From Acaryochloris marina MBIC11017 (GTDB taxonomy: Bacteria > Cyanobacteriota > Cyanobacteriia > Thermosynechococcales > Thermosynechococcaceae), in contig NC_009925.1 in assembly GCF_000018105.1 (NCBI RefSeq), positions 2,790,001 through 2,822,000 on the forward strand: a stretch of 32,000 nucleotides of DNA. Direction: 5' to 3'. The translations under genes and the position numbers were made by a program. The notes below the pieces were generated by a model. The model was not told the origin of the DNA. It worked only from the letters and a program-made list of their open reading frames with translations, and searched no databases. Below, one piece after another: positions 22,849 through 31,091 of this stretch; positions within the stretch are counted from its first letter, which is position 1, and each line of letters starts with the position of its first letter.

Positions 22849-23787
22849 ATGAATCTCCAACCTGTTGCCATTGTCGGTGCTGAACGTTCTGGGACAACCC
22901 TATTACGATTGATGCTGCATCAGCACCCCCAGATATCGGTCTGCCCTGAGATGGAATTTATCGTTGACCCCCTGGTACAAACCGATACTTGGCCATCTGT
23001 CCAACAGTTACAGGGTGCTCTTCAGGCCAACTGGCTCTTTCGAATTCAGGGCTTTGAAATCGATAGCACTCTGACCTGGAAAGAACTTGCCGACTCATTG
23101 CTGGATCAATTTCAGCAACGCCATTCCTGCAACCATATTCTCATCGTTGTCCACCGCAACTTCGACCAACTGATTCGCCTGTGGCCGACCATCCGCTACA
23201 TCCATATCGTTAGAGATCCCAGAGATGTCGCTCGCTCTGTATTGGGAATGGGTTGGGAAGGTAATGTATGGCACGGGGTGCAGCGCTGGTTGACAGTGGA
23301 GTCCATGTGGGAGCAGATGCGTAGAACTCTAGCCTTAGATCAGTTCCTAGAGATTCAGTACGAGGAGCTGGTTGCCCTGCCAGCCGCGACCTTGCAGAAG
23401 ATTTGTGAGTTTATCGGCACAACCTTTACCCCAGACATGCTGAATTACCCTGACCATAGCAGCTACGCAGCCCCAGACCTATCCTTGGTCGGTCAGTGGC
23501 AGCATAAATTATCCCCAAGGGAAGTAGCCTTGGTTGAACACCGTGCCGGGTCTTTGTTGAAGCTACGACACTACCAAGCTAGTGGGATGGAATCGCTAGA
23601 TCTCTCATGGCTAGATCTAAGCTGTTTAAGGCTTGATAACTGGCTCAAACGAGTTTTGTTCCGCTATCAACAATTAGGTCCCAAGCTGTTCGTAGAAGAT
23701 TATGCCAGTCGCCAGTTACCTCTCAAGCGCTGGAGAGACTCCGTAGATGACCGTTTGTATCAGTCTTGGGCAAATCGCCTCAAATAG
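22849..23787 (+). CDS. sulfotransferase family protein
   Basis: 5'-PSB loop IVGAERSGTTLLRLML and 3'-PB motif IVRDPRDVARS. Confidence 0.8.
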   Translation: MNLQPVAIVGAERSGTTLLRLMLHQHPQISVCPEMEFIVDPLVQTDTWPSVQQLQGALQANWLFRIQGFEIDSTLTWKELADSLLDQFQQRHSCNHILIVVHRNFDQLIRLWPTIRYIHIVRDPRDVARSVLGMGWEGNVWHGVQRWLTVESMWEQMRRTLALDQFLEIQYEELVALPAATLQKICEFIGTTFTPDMLNYPDHSSYAAPDLSLVGQWQHKLSPREVALVEHRAGSLLKLRHYQASGMESLDLSWLDLSCLRLDNWLKRVLFRYQQLGPKLFVEDYASRQLPLKRWRDSVDDRLYQSWANRLK

Positions 23788-23797
23788 CCTGTTGATC

Positions 23798-23884
23798 ATG
23801 ACCACCATTGCTTACTTAGTCAATCAATATCCGAAGGTCAGCCATAGTTTTATTAGACCTGACGATTGTTTGGACGTGTCGTAG
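23798..23884 (+). pseudogene. 28-codon remnant of a family-4-type glycosyltransferase N-terminus
   Basis: MTTIAYLVNQYPKVSHSFIR matches the conserved start (IAYL.NQYPKVSHSFIRRE...) of WcaL/EPS-type glycosyltransferases as I recall it. It then diverges (PDDCLDVS) and stops. Confidence 0.5.
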
Positions 23885-23946
23885 ATTTCATTTTTCTGAA
23901 TCTTTGAGTCAGGGCACAAATATGCAGGTGCCCCCTTCGCACTTTA

Positions 23947-24213
23947 TTAGTTTACGAAGACAAGGGCATATAGCGAGAAGATAGCTGAGCTGCCATAAAA
24001 TGCCATAGCAATCCAGTAACAGGTCGGCTCTTGATGACGATGTTTTTTATGAGCCCACTTACCAAACTCGAATGTCCGCCGTCCACCGCGCACCCAAACG
24101 GAACCAGAAGTAAATCCATCCCACAGTAAATAGCTCGTCGAAAGCAGCAACACGGCGAATAGAATTTTCTCCACTATGACTTCTTGCCCCTCAATAACAA
24201 AGAATGCCGTCAC
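23947..24213 (-). CDS. hypothetical small membrane protein (start uncertain)
   Basis: 88-aa ORF (GTG start) with two hydrophobic helices and a basic loop KWAHKKHRH. Its 5' end lies inside a strong hairpin, so the true start may be an internal GTG. Confidence 0.35.
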   Translation of the reverse strand: MTAFFVIEGQEVIVEKILFAVLLLSTSYLLWDGFTSGSVWVRGGRRTFEFGKWAHKKHRHQEPTCYWIAMAFYGSSAIFSLYALVFVN

Positions 24214-24233
24214 TCAGTGCAACGGCATTCTTT
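24199..24233. terminator. perfect 12-bp stem hairpin, potentially a bidirectional terminator
   Basis: AAAGAATGCCGT - 11-nt loop - ACGGCATTCTTT. T-rich sequence follows on the + strand (TTTATATT). It lies 68 nt downstream of the hupE stop on the - strand. Confidence 0.45.
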
Positions 24234-24300
24234 ATATTGCCCAATCAACCCTAAAACCAGGTGGGCACTAATTTAGTTTTCAGAGATCAACTATCTGCTG

Positions 24301-24939
24301 TTAAGCAACACACAGATAAACACCCAAGCTGGTGACAAATCCGCCCATAAACAATTGAGCGAGACGAGCATGGCGTTGAAACATTTGCTGGCAAAACAGA
24401 CCTAGTCCAATACCGCTCAAATGAAGCAGGGCAGTAGCCACCACAAACCCCAACCCATAGGACAGACCTGACGCAGAGGCTGGCATCTCTGCGCCGTGGG
24501 CATAACCATGGAGCAGTGCAAATAACGCCACAATTGCTGCACTCTGACCTATGGGCAAACGAACGGCAGCCGTAATCAAGACCCCTAGCATTAACACAGA
24601 AGAGGCAATGCCTTGTTCAGCAAAGGGGATGGCTAATCCGGTGGTGCCAATAAAGCCACCCACAATCATGACCAATACAAACGTTAACGGAACAGCCCAT
24701 AAGGCGCGGCGCTCCATCTGAGTCGCCCATAGCCCCACGGCGACCATCGCCGCAAAGTGATCTAACCCCCCAATGGGATGGGTAAAACCATGTACAAATC
24801 CTACACCATGACTGCCATCAAAATGGGCTTGGGCGCTGACAGGCACTAGCACAATCGCTAGTAGCAGCGCTGGCAGTAGGAGTTGCGATAATCGAATGCT
24901 TTTACTCGTCCATCGCAGTGAACGATCTATCTTATTCAC
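24301..24939 (-). CDS. hupE: HupE/UreJ family metal (Co/Ni) transporter
   Basis: Signal peptide ...LVPVSAQA / HFDGSHGVGFVHGFTHPIGGLDHFAAMVAVGLWA (HupE/UreJ signature) and multiple TM helices. Start placed at GTG 24939, preceded by GAGG at 8-nt spacing. The ORF-track TTG at 24978 lies inside the riboswitch. Confidence 0.85.
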   Translation of the reverse strand: MNKIDRSLRWTSKSIRLSQLLLPALLLAIVLVPVSAQAHFDGSHGVGFVHGFTHPIGGLDHFAAMVAVGLWATQMERRALWAVPLTFVLVMIVGGFIGTTGLAIPFAEQGIASSVLMLGVLITAAVRLPIGQSAAIVALFALLHGYAHGAEMPASASGLSYGLGFVVATALLHLSGIGLGLFCQQMFQRHARLAQLFMGGFVTSLGVYLCVA

Positions 24940-24975
24940 AATCTGTACCTCGCAGATATGTTGTAGAAAAGAATG

Positions 24976-25206
24976 CAATCAAGGGTATTCTGGCTTGTGG
25001 TTGAGCAGTATCCTTGGCCAGGGCGTTTGGCGACTTTAGATGGCTAAACACCTTGCAACAGACCTGCACAAACAACTTACAGTTGCGGGACAGCGTCGGG
25101 ATTACACCGAACTTTCCCCAGTTGTGTGTCAGCCCGCAATGACAGGTTTACGACAGGCTCGACAACAACCTGATGGGTTGCAAATAGCCCTCCAATTCAT
25201 TGATTG
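24976..25206 (-). promoter_or_regulatory. cobalamin (B12) riboswitch in the hupE leader
   Basis: The minus strand reads GGGGAAAGUUCGGUGUAAUCCCGACGCUGUCCCGCAACUGUAAG (plus 25120..25077), matching the conserved GGGAA / GGUG.AAUCC / CCCGCAACUGUAA core. A B12-box-like AAGCCAGAAUACCC lies at 24996..24983. A possible P1 is CAAUCAA (25206..25200) with UUGAUUG (24982..24976). The 5' boundary is uncertain. Confidence 0.85.
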
Positions 25207-25306
25207 TGAGGTGAGTATATCACTATTACAAAACCCTGTAGCTAAGGATTCATAAAGAATATGTGCGATAGATTTGGAACGTATTCGAAGCTGTAAAGAA
25301 ACTGCC

Positions 25307-27034
25307 ATGTTAGAGCATGATGTTGTAATCGTTGGGGGTGGCTTGGCAGGGTGCCGTGCTGCCCTAGAAATTGCTCGAAAAGCCCCCGAGCTCAATGTGG
25401 CAATGATTGCCAAAACCCATCCCATCCGATCCCACTCCGTTGCGGCCCAAGGGGGCATTGCCGCCACCCTCAAAAATGTGGATGATCAAGATAGCTGGGA
25501 AGCCCATGCCTTCGATACCATCAAAGGCTCCGATTACCTAGCCGATCAGGATGCCGTCGCTCTCCTCACCCAAGAAGCCCCAGATGTTGTGATTGACCTG
25601 GAACATCTAGGGGTTTTGTTTTCTCGCCTGGAAGATGGCCGCATCGCCCAGCGTGCCTTTGGCGGTCACAGCCATAACCGCACCTGTTACGCCGCTGACA
25701 AAACGGGTCATGCCATTCTTCACGAGCTGTACAACAATATTCGTCGCTATGGCATCACTATCTACGACGAATGGTACGTTATGCGGCTGATCCTCGAAGA
25801 CAACCGGGCCAAAGGCGTGGTGATGTATCACCTCCTGGACGGCGAGCTACAGGTTCTACGGGCCAAGGCTGTCATGTTTGCCACGGGCGGTTACGGTCGA
25901 GTCTTTAACACCACTTCCAATGACTTTGCGTCCACGGGGGATGGGTTATCGATGACCGCCCTGGCGGGGTTGCCCCTAGAGGATATGGAGTTTGTCCAGT
26001 TCCATCCCACCGGCTTATACCCTGCAGGCGTGTTGATTTCCGAGGCCGTGCGAGGAGAAGGAGCTTATCTGATTAATAGTGAAGGGGATCGGTTTATGGC
26101 CACCTATGCCCCCAACAAAATGGAGCTGGCCCCCCGCGATATTACCTCTAGAGCCATTACCACAGAAATTCGCCAGGGGCGGGGTCTCAATCTCGATGGC
26201 AGTGCCGGTGGACCCTTTGTCTACTTAGATTTGCGGCATATGGGACGGGAGAAAATCATGAGCCGCGTTCCCTTTTGCTGGGAAGAATCTCACCGTCTAG
26301 CAGGGGTTGATGCGGTTACTGAGCCGATCCCCGTTCGGCCAACTGCCCACTATTCCATGGGGGGGATTCCCGTGAATACGGATGGGCGGGTGCGCAATAG
26401 TGCCGATGGCTTGGTGGATAACTTTTTTGCAGCCGGGGAATGTGCCTGTGTGTCGGTGCATGGCGCGAATCGGTTAGGCAGCAATTCTTTACTGGAATGC
26501 GTGGTATATGGTCGGCGTACTGGGAGTGCGATCGCAACCTATGTCCAAGATCAATCTCTCCCTAGGGTGAATGAAACCCAGTATCTCCAAGAAGCTCAAC
26601 AGCAGATTAAAGCGTTGCTGGCTCAATCTGGAGATATCCGCATTCACGATATTCGCCAGCAAGTCCAAGATTGCTTAAGTCAACATTGTGGTGTTTTTCG
26701 GACCGCCGATATCATCCAAGAAGGCTTAGAACAGCTCCAAACCTATAAACAGCAGTATTCAAATATTCGCCTCGATGACAAAGACACCCTTTGGAATACT
26801 GAAATTATCGAGGCCCTGGAATTACGCAACTTAATGGTCGTCGGAGAAGTGATTATGACTGGTGCCCTGCAACGCCAAGAAAGCCGGGGTGCCCATTCTC
26901 GTGAAGATTTCCCTACCCGCAACGATAATCAATTTTTGCAGCATACCCTAGCTTATTTTTCCACAGCCGGGATTGAGCTAAAATACATGCCCGTTAATTT
27001 AAACCAATTTGAGCCTCAAGAGAGAAAATACTGA
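25307..27034 (+). CDS. sdhA: succinate dehydrogenase / fumarate reductase flavoprotein subunit
   Basis: HDVVIVGGGLAGCRAA dinucleotide fold, SHSVAAQGG (FAD-linking His region), HPTG, RGEG and the C-terminal ESRGAHSREDFP motif. Start set at ATG 25307. Confidence 0.92.
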   Translation: MLEHDVVIVGGGLAGCRAALEIARKAPELNVAMIAKTHPIRSHSVAAQGGIAATLKNVDDQDSWEAHAFDTIKGSDYLADQDAVALLTQEAPDVVIDLEHLGVLFSRLEDGRIAQRAFGGHSHNRTCYAADKTGHAILHELYNNIRRYGITIYDEWYVMRLILEDNRAKGVVMYHLLDGELQVLRAKAVMFATGGYGRVFNTTSNDFASTGDGLSMTALAGLPLEDMEFVQFHPTGLYPAGVLISEAVRGEGAYLINSEGDRFMATYAPNKMELAPRDITSRAITTEIRQGRGLNLDGSAGGPFVYLDLRHMGREKIMSRVPFCWEESHRLAGVDAVTEPIPVRPTAHYSMGGIPVNTDGRVRNSADGLVDNFFAAGECACVSVHGANRLGSNSLLECVVYGRRTGSAIATYVQDQSLPRVNETQYLQEAQQQIKALLAQSGDIRIHDIRQQVQDCLSQHCGVFRTADIIQEGLEQLQTYKQQYSNIRLDDKDTLWNTEIIEALELRNLMVVGEVIMTGALQRQESRGAHSREDFPTRNDNQFLQHTLAYFSTAGIELKYMPVNLNQFEPQERKY

Positions 27035-27517
27035 TTTATATCCGCAAAAGTATCTTTCTATTCGATTTAATATTACCCATCATCATTTTTACTTGCGAAT
27101 AGTTCTTCTCAATAGCTTTATCTTTAATCTCTTTCAGCTGATCTTTGACCACAGAAAAATGGGTCACAAATTGTTGTGTTCTTGTCCGTATATTTACGGA
27201 CAGCTCGCCCTAATCTCAATGTTAGGTTGAGCACAGTAACACTGTTATTTAGAGGGTTTGAAGCTTGCGTTATCTCTTTTCTCGTCCGCCAACATAGTTG
27301 TATCGTTGTCCAGATTGTTAACAACTGATGGTGTATCCATGTTGTTGACAGTAGCTGCTAGCAGCCATTTTTTATCCCCATGAAGTTTGTGATTAGCAAA
27401 CTATATGGGGCTTAGTTTTTATGCGACTATTCTTTACTCAAAGCGTTGCATGACCCATTTCTTGGACTATGTTGCCCCGCCTTGAGTTGCGTCTGATCAT
27501 CCCTTTCTACCAGCACC

Positions 27518-27985
27518 ATGTTTTCGCTTATCCTTAGCTATTACAGACTCCGGCAATCCCCCGAGAACGGCTTGACCCTTTTAGAGCTACTGGTCAGTGT
27601 TGTGATTGTGGGTATTCTGTCTGCTGTAGCTGTGCCATCCATGTTTCAGCAATCCCTGAAAGCACGACAAGCTGCTGCTAAAAGCTATATTGGCTCAGTC
27701 AATCGAGCCCAGCAAACCTACCGGTTAGAATTTCCAGTGTTTGCGAATAGTATGGCCAATCTCGAAATTGATTTGCCCCTTGCCTCGGATCAATATACCT
27801 TTCAATTTGGCATTACAAACTCTACACTGGGAGAATTTCAAGCCATCCCCAATAACAATGATTTAGATGCGATCACAGGCTGTGTATTTGCGACGATTGT
27901 TGTGGGATCCTCTGCGACCACTACTAGCTCGATGCTAGAACAGTCTGGGGTAGGGGGAGCACCTGCGGTCCCACCATCTTGTTGA
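27518..27985 (+). CDS. type IV pilin-like (prepilin N-terminal cleavage/methylation) protein
   Basis: Leader ending ...SPENG followed by LTLLELLVSVVIVGILSAVAVPS, the class III signal and hydrophobic alpha1-N helix with Glu5. Confidence 0.75.
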   Translation: MFSLILSYYRLRQSPENGLTLLELLVSVVIVGILSAVAVPSMFQQSLKARQAAAKSYIGSVNRAQQTYRLEFPVFANSMANLEIDLPLASDQYTFQFGITNSTLGEFQAIPNNNDLDAITGCVFATIVVGSSATTTSSMLEQSGVGGAPAVPPSC

Positions 27986-28997
27986 GATCTAGCGTTTGAA
28001 TATTGTAAGAGTCTCGGATGGTCAGGATCGGTTGTTCAAGGAGTTCTGAGAAAGACCAATCGGGACTAAATAAGTCTTGACGAACAGCCGTTCCTTGTAC
28101 AAATGCTTGGATGACTAAGCTAGGAATGAAATTGTTTTGACTCGGGTCTAAAATGCCAAGGGTTGTGAATTCTAAACCCAGGTGGAAATCCAACACTACT
28201 TCAAGCAACAGCTCAAACCCAAATTGACTGCCACTCATGCCCGCCTCAAAACCCGCCACCACAATTTCACCCACGGGGCTAGTATCAATACCGGATAACA
28301 CATGAATCAGATCATGAGGCACCAAGATATCGCTAAAGCTTTTCTTTTCGCCAGGTAAGGGAAAGTTGAGATCGCGATAGTACTGATACAGTGCTTTCCC
28401 CAACGTGCCTTCGGGTAACTCCCCTAAAGTTTGATACTGCCGGGCTGTCTTCGGATCACCAATGTATTGGTGCATGGCACCAACCATACATCCCAGTTTT
28501 TGCCACCATCCTCCGGGCAAAAGTTTTACGAGCGATCGCACGGAGTAATCCCACAGCAACCCTCGCAACTGTCCTGCATGGACCTGCTTTAAGCTCTTTA
28601 ATGTGTGGGGTTGGTGTTGGCAAGCTTGAGCAAACTGCTGCACTAACTCCACTTCAGCCGTTTCCACCTGCATCGATAGGTAGGGCATCAGAATTAGAAA
28701 TTGCAGCGCCAGTTCTTGATGTCTACCTATTAATTCACGGCCCATTACCTCTGGGCTAATAATAGGTAGGTCCTCAATCGACCTTTGCCATTGGAGCAGA
28801 TGATCTTGAATTGCCTGCATCATGTCTTTAGCTAAAGGATGCATTGGCCGTTGACCCTGAAGCGTGGCAACGGTTTTCAGACTGGATAGCAGTGTGACGG
28901 ACTGGTGTTCATTCCAAGCCATATCCCGAAAGTAAGGTGGATTGGACAATGGAGTGGTCTTAGAAGTAGGGCTGACGGGCGTAGCGATGGTCGGCAT
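27924..28997 (-). CDS. Coq4-family-like protein (HDxxH-x11-E metal motif)
   Basis: Start set at ATG 28997, because the longer ORF would run through the divergent TetR gene. PHDLIHVLSGIDTSPVGE (nt 28266..28316) reproduces the Coq4 HDxxH(x)11E zinc-ligand motif. Confidence 0.6.
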   Translation of the reverse strand: MPTIATPVSPTSKTTPLSNPPYFRDMAWNEHQSVTLLSSLKTVATLQGQRPMHPLAKDMMQAIQDHLLQWQRSIEDLPIISPEVMGRELIGRHQELALQFLILMPYLSMQVETAEVELVQQFAQACQHQPHTLKSLKQVHAGQLRGLLWDYSVRSLVKLLPGGWWQKLGCMVGAMHQYIGDPKTARQYQTLGELPEGTLGKALYQYYRDLNFPLPGEKKSFSDILVPHDLIHVLSGIDTSPVGEIVVAGFEAGMSGSQFGFELLLEVVLDFHLGLEFTTLGILDPSQNNFIPSLVIQAFVQGTAVRQDLFSPDWSFSELLEQPILTIRDSYNIQTLDLNKMVGPQVLPLPQTVLASS

Positions 28998-29027
28998 AGT
29001 GGAAACCCTAGTGACGATACCTTTATA

Positions 29028-29047
29028 TTGACCGACCAGTCGGTCAA
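29028..29047. promoter_or_regulatory. perfect 20-bp palindrome, candidate TetR operator
   Basis: TTGACCGAC-CA-GTCGGTCAA in the 111-bp divergent intergenic region. It lies 31 nt from the Coq4-like ATG and 62 nt from the TetR ATG. Confidence 0.6.
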
Positions 29048-29108
29048 ATGTCAAGTCGAAAGATGAAAGCTCTACAGTAAAAGACGCAGGAACCGCTATG
29101 ATGACGCC

Positions 29109-29735
29109 ATGAGTCCCAAAATTGTTGACCGAGAAGCTAAACGCCAAGCGATTCTGGCTGCTGCGATCGCAGTCTTCGCCGAAAAAGGGTATCACGCCAC
29201 CAAAATGGCCGACATTGCCCGCAAAGCTGAGATGGGCAAAGGTACCCTTTATGAGTATTTCCGCACCAAGGAAGAACTGCCCAAAAGCATTTTTGGCCTG
29301 ATGCTCGAAGCATTCGATCAGGAAATTTCGCAACTAGAGCAGGCCCATGCTGATCCTGTAGACGCCATCATGGCCGGGATTCAACTCTGTTTTCAGGATC
29401 TGGATGAATTTGCTTATGTCACTCCTTTAGTCTTCGAAATTCTAGGTAATAAGGATCTGGATCGATCGATTGGGTTAAGTGAAGATTTTAAACAATGGCT
29501 GGAGGGCATCAATCAGTTCTTTATTGCTCAGATTCAAGCCGGTCAAGCTCAAGGGAAGATCTCGTCAAAGCTCTCTGCCCCAATTTTTGCCCGCATGCTA
29601 GTGAGCATCTTAGATGGCATGGCAACCCATTATTGTATGTTTCACTTTCAACCTGATTTTTTTATGGCTCAGGTTAAAGCCTTGGAGGATATGGTGTGCT
29701 CCTATCTAGTCTCCTCAATCGGGGACAAGCAATAA
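29109..29735 (+). CDS. TetR/AcrR family transcriptional regulator
   Basis: N-terminal HTH ILAAAIAVFAEKGYHATKMADIARKAEMGKGTLYEYFRTKEEL. Confidence 0.88.
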   Translation: MSPKIVDREAKRQAILAAAIAVFAEKGYHATKMADIARKAEMGKGTLYEYFRTKEELPKSIFGLMLEAFDQEISQLEQAHADPVDAIMAGIQLCFQDLDEFAYVTPLVFEILGNKDLDRSIGLSEDFKQWLEGINQFFIAQIQAGQAQGKISSKLSAPIFARMLVSILDGMATHYCMFHFQPDFFMAQVKALEDMVCSYLVSSIGDKQ

Positions 29736-29738
29736 CAA

Positions 29739-30134
29739 TTAACCATATCGATTCTTTTCAGGTTGGCTTTCAGCGGCCAAGCAGAAAAGTAAGACTAGAC
29801 CGCCTATCATTGGGACAAAGTTTACAAATAGCCACCAACCACTACGCCCGGTATCGTGCAAGCGTCTTATTGACACGGCAATAAATGGAATAACCATCAC
29901 CAAACTGTGTAAGCCATTTAATAAGCCAAATTCTGGAAATCGACGTAATGTTACCCCAGAAATCCCCAGCATTGACTTAACCAGTTCATCTCCAGAGATT
30001 CCGAGATACTCATCTATCCGAATTAGGACAGAAGAAAATAAAATCACAAAAAGAACAAAGTACCAAAATTCTTTTCGTCTTGCTCTACCACTGTAGTCCC
30101 AATATTTTCTTAGAACATAGAAATACCATTTCAT
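29739..30134 (-). CDS. DUF805 family inner-membrane protein
   Basis: From ATG 30134: MKWYFYVLRKYWDYSGRARRKEFWYFVLF ... IRRLHDTGRSGWW, the two hallmark DUF805 blocks. The gene is visibly AT-richer than its neighbours. Confidence 0.75.
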   Translation of the reverse strand: MKWYFYVLRKYWDYSGRARRKEFWYFVLFVILFSSVLIRIDEYLGISGDELVKSMLGISGVTLRRFPEFGLLNGLHSLVMVIPFIAVSIRRLHDTGRSGWWLFVNFVPMIGGLVLLFCLAAESQPEKNRYG

Positions 30135-30590
30135 ATCTGAACTACCAGTTTCCAGATTCATTACAGATACAAACGAATGTGATCTATTCGGCCACAGCAA
30201 AATCAACTTGAAACAAAACTTCTTAGAGGTAAATCTAGTAATGAATAATAAGTCAGATTTTTATCTAACCAAAATCTAAACTACTAAATTTTGATTGGAT
30301 TACTGAAGGCTATTCCAGAACTCTTTTTTGATAAATATCAAAGATAAACTATGAGTTTCAGTCTCAAGATATACATAGAAGACCAGAGATATTATTTCAT
30401 TGAATTAAATATTCTATAGTTATATATTTAGAATTTGTACAAATAAAAATTATGATATTAGATGACAGACGTAAATCACATATGAAAAAATACAATAAAG
30501 AAAATCATGAATCGATAGAAATTAAAAACCAACACATATTTTTATCCATGTAACAAATTTATTGGCATATTCTTAATATTAATTCTAGCG

Positions 30591-31091
30591 ATGGTTAATA
30601 ATTTGCTGGCATGGCTTATTACAGCTATATGTACAGGTTTTTGTTTACTTTCTCAAGAGTTAGTGAAAACCACACTCTTGTCTAACAATGCTTCCGAAAC
30701 TGTGCCTATAGTAACTGGTATTTTACACTTAGCATATAATTTTTCTCAAGAAGATCGATTTGGGATGAACTATTTCAAGACATTTGAAGATCTATTTTTT
30801 AGATTATTCTATGTGGCTTTAATTCTTTCTTTAATAATATTTTATATTGCATTTTCTTATTTCAATAAAAATATTTCTAAAGTGTTTCAGATTGGATTTG
30901 GATTGATATTATCTGGATTAATCAGCAATTTTTGTGAGTTAGTGTATTTTGATGAAGTAGCAGTATATATTAACTTTCAATTGTCCAGCATTCCTATATT
31001 CAAATTATCAGATCTATTTATTTTCTCTGGCCTAGTCACGTCAGTATCTTCTATTGCCTGGAGAATAATCCGAGGAAAAACTTCTAAATAA
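30591..31091 (+). CDS. highly divergent signal peptidase II (LspA)-like membrane protein
   Basis: 166 aa with four TM segments. Blocks ETVPIVTGILHLAYNFSQEDRFG, LSGLISNFCELVYFDEVAVYINF and IFKLSDLFIFSG line up with LspA blocks TVP..p..l.l.y..N.GAAF, GGAlGNl.DR...G.VVDfi.F and FN.AD..I..G. The gene is very AT-rich. Confidence 0.55.
   Translation: MVNNLLAWLITAICTGFCLLSQELVKTTLLSNNASETVPIVTGILHLAYNFSQEDRFGMNYFKTFEDLFFRLFYVALILSLIIFYIAFSYFNKNISKVFQIGFGLILSGLISNFCELVYFDEVAVYINFQLSSIPIFKLSDLFIFSGLVTSVSSIAWRIIRGKTSK

Noticed and set aside
25040-25473. ORFs 25040..25255 (+) and 25129..25473 (-)
   Set aside because: They lie across the cobalamin riboswitch and the 5' end of sdhA. The conserved RNA core explains the sequence better than coding does.
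27009-27324. ORFs 27009..27230 (+) and 27124..27324 (-) after sdhA
   Set aside because: They are AT-rich, mutually overlapping, and lack RBS or motif support.
29001-29333. N-terminal 112 residues of the 469-aa minus ORF 27924..29333
   Set aside because: This extension runs antisense through the TetR gene and across the palindromic operator. ATG 28997 gives a sensible divergent gene pair.
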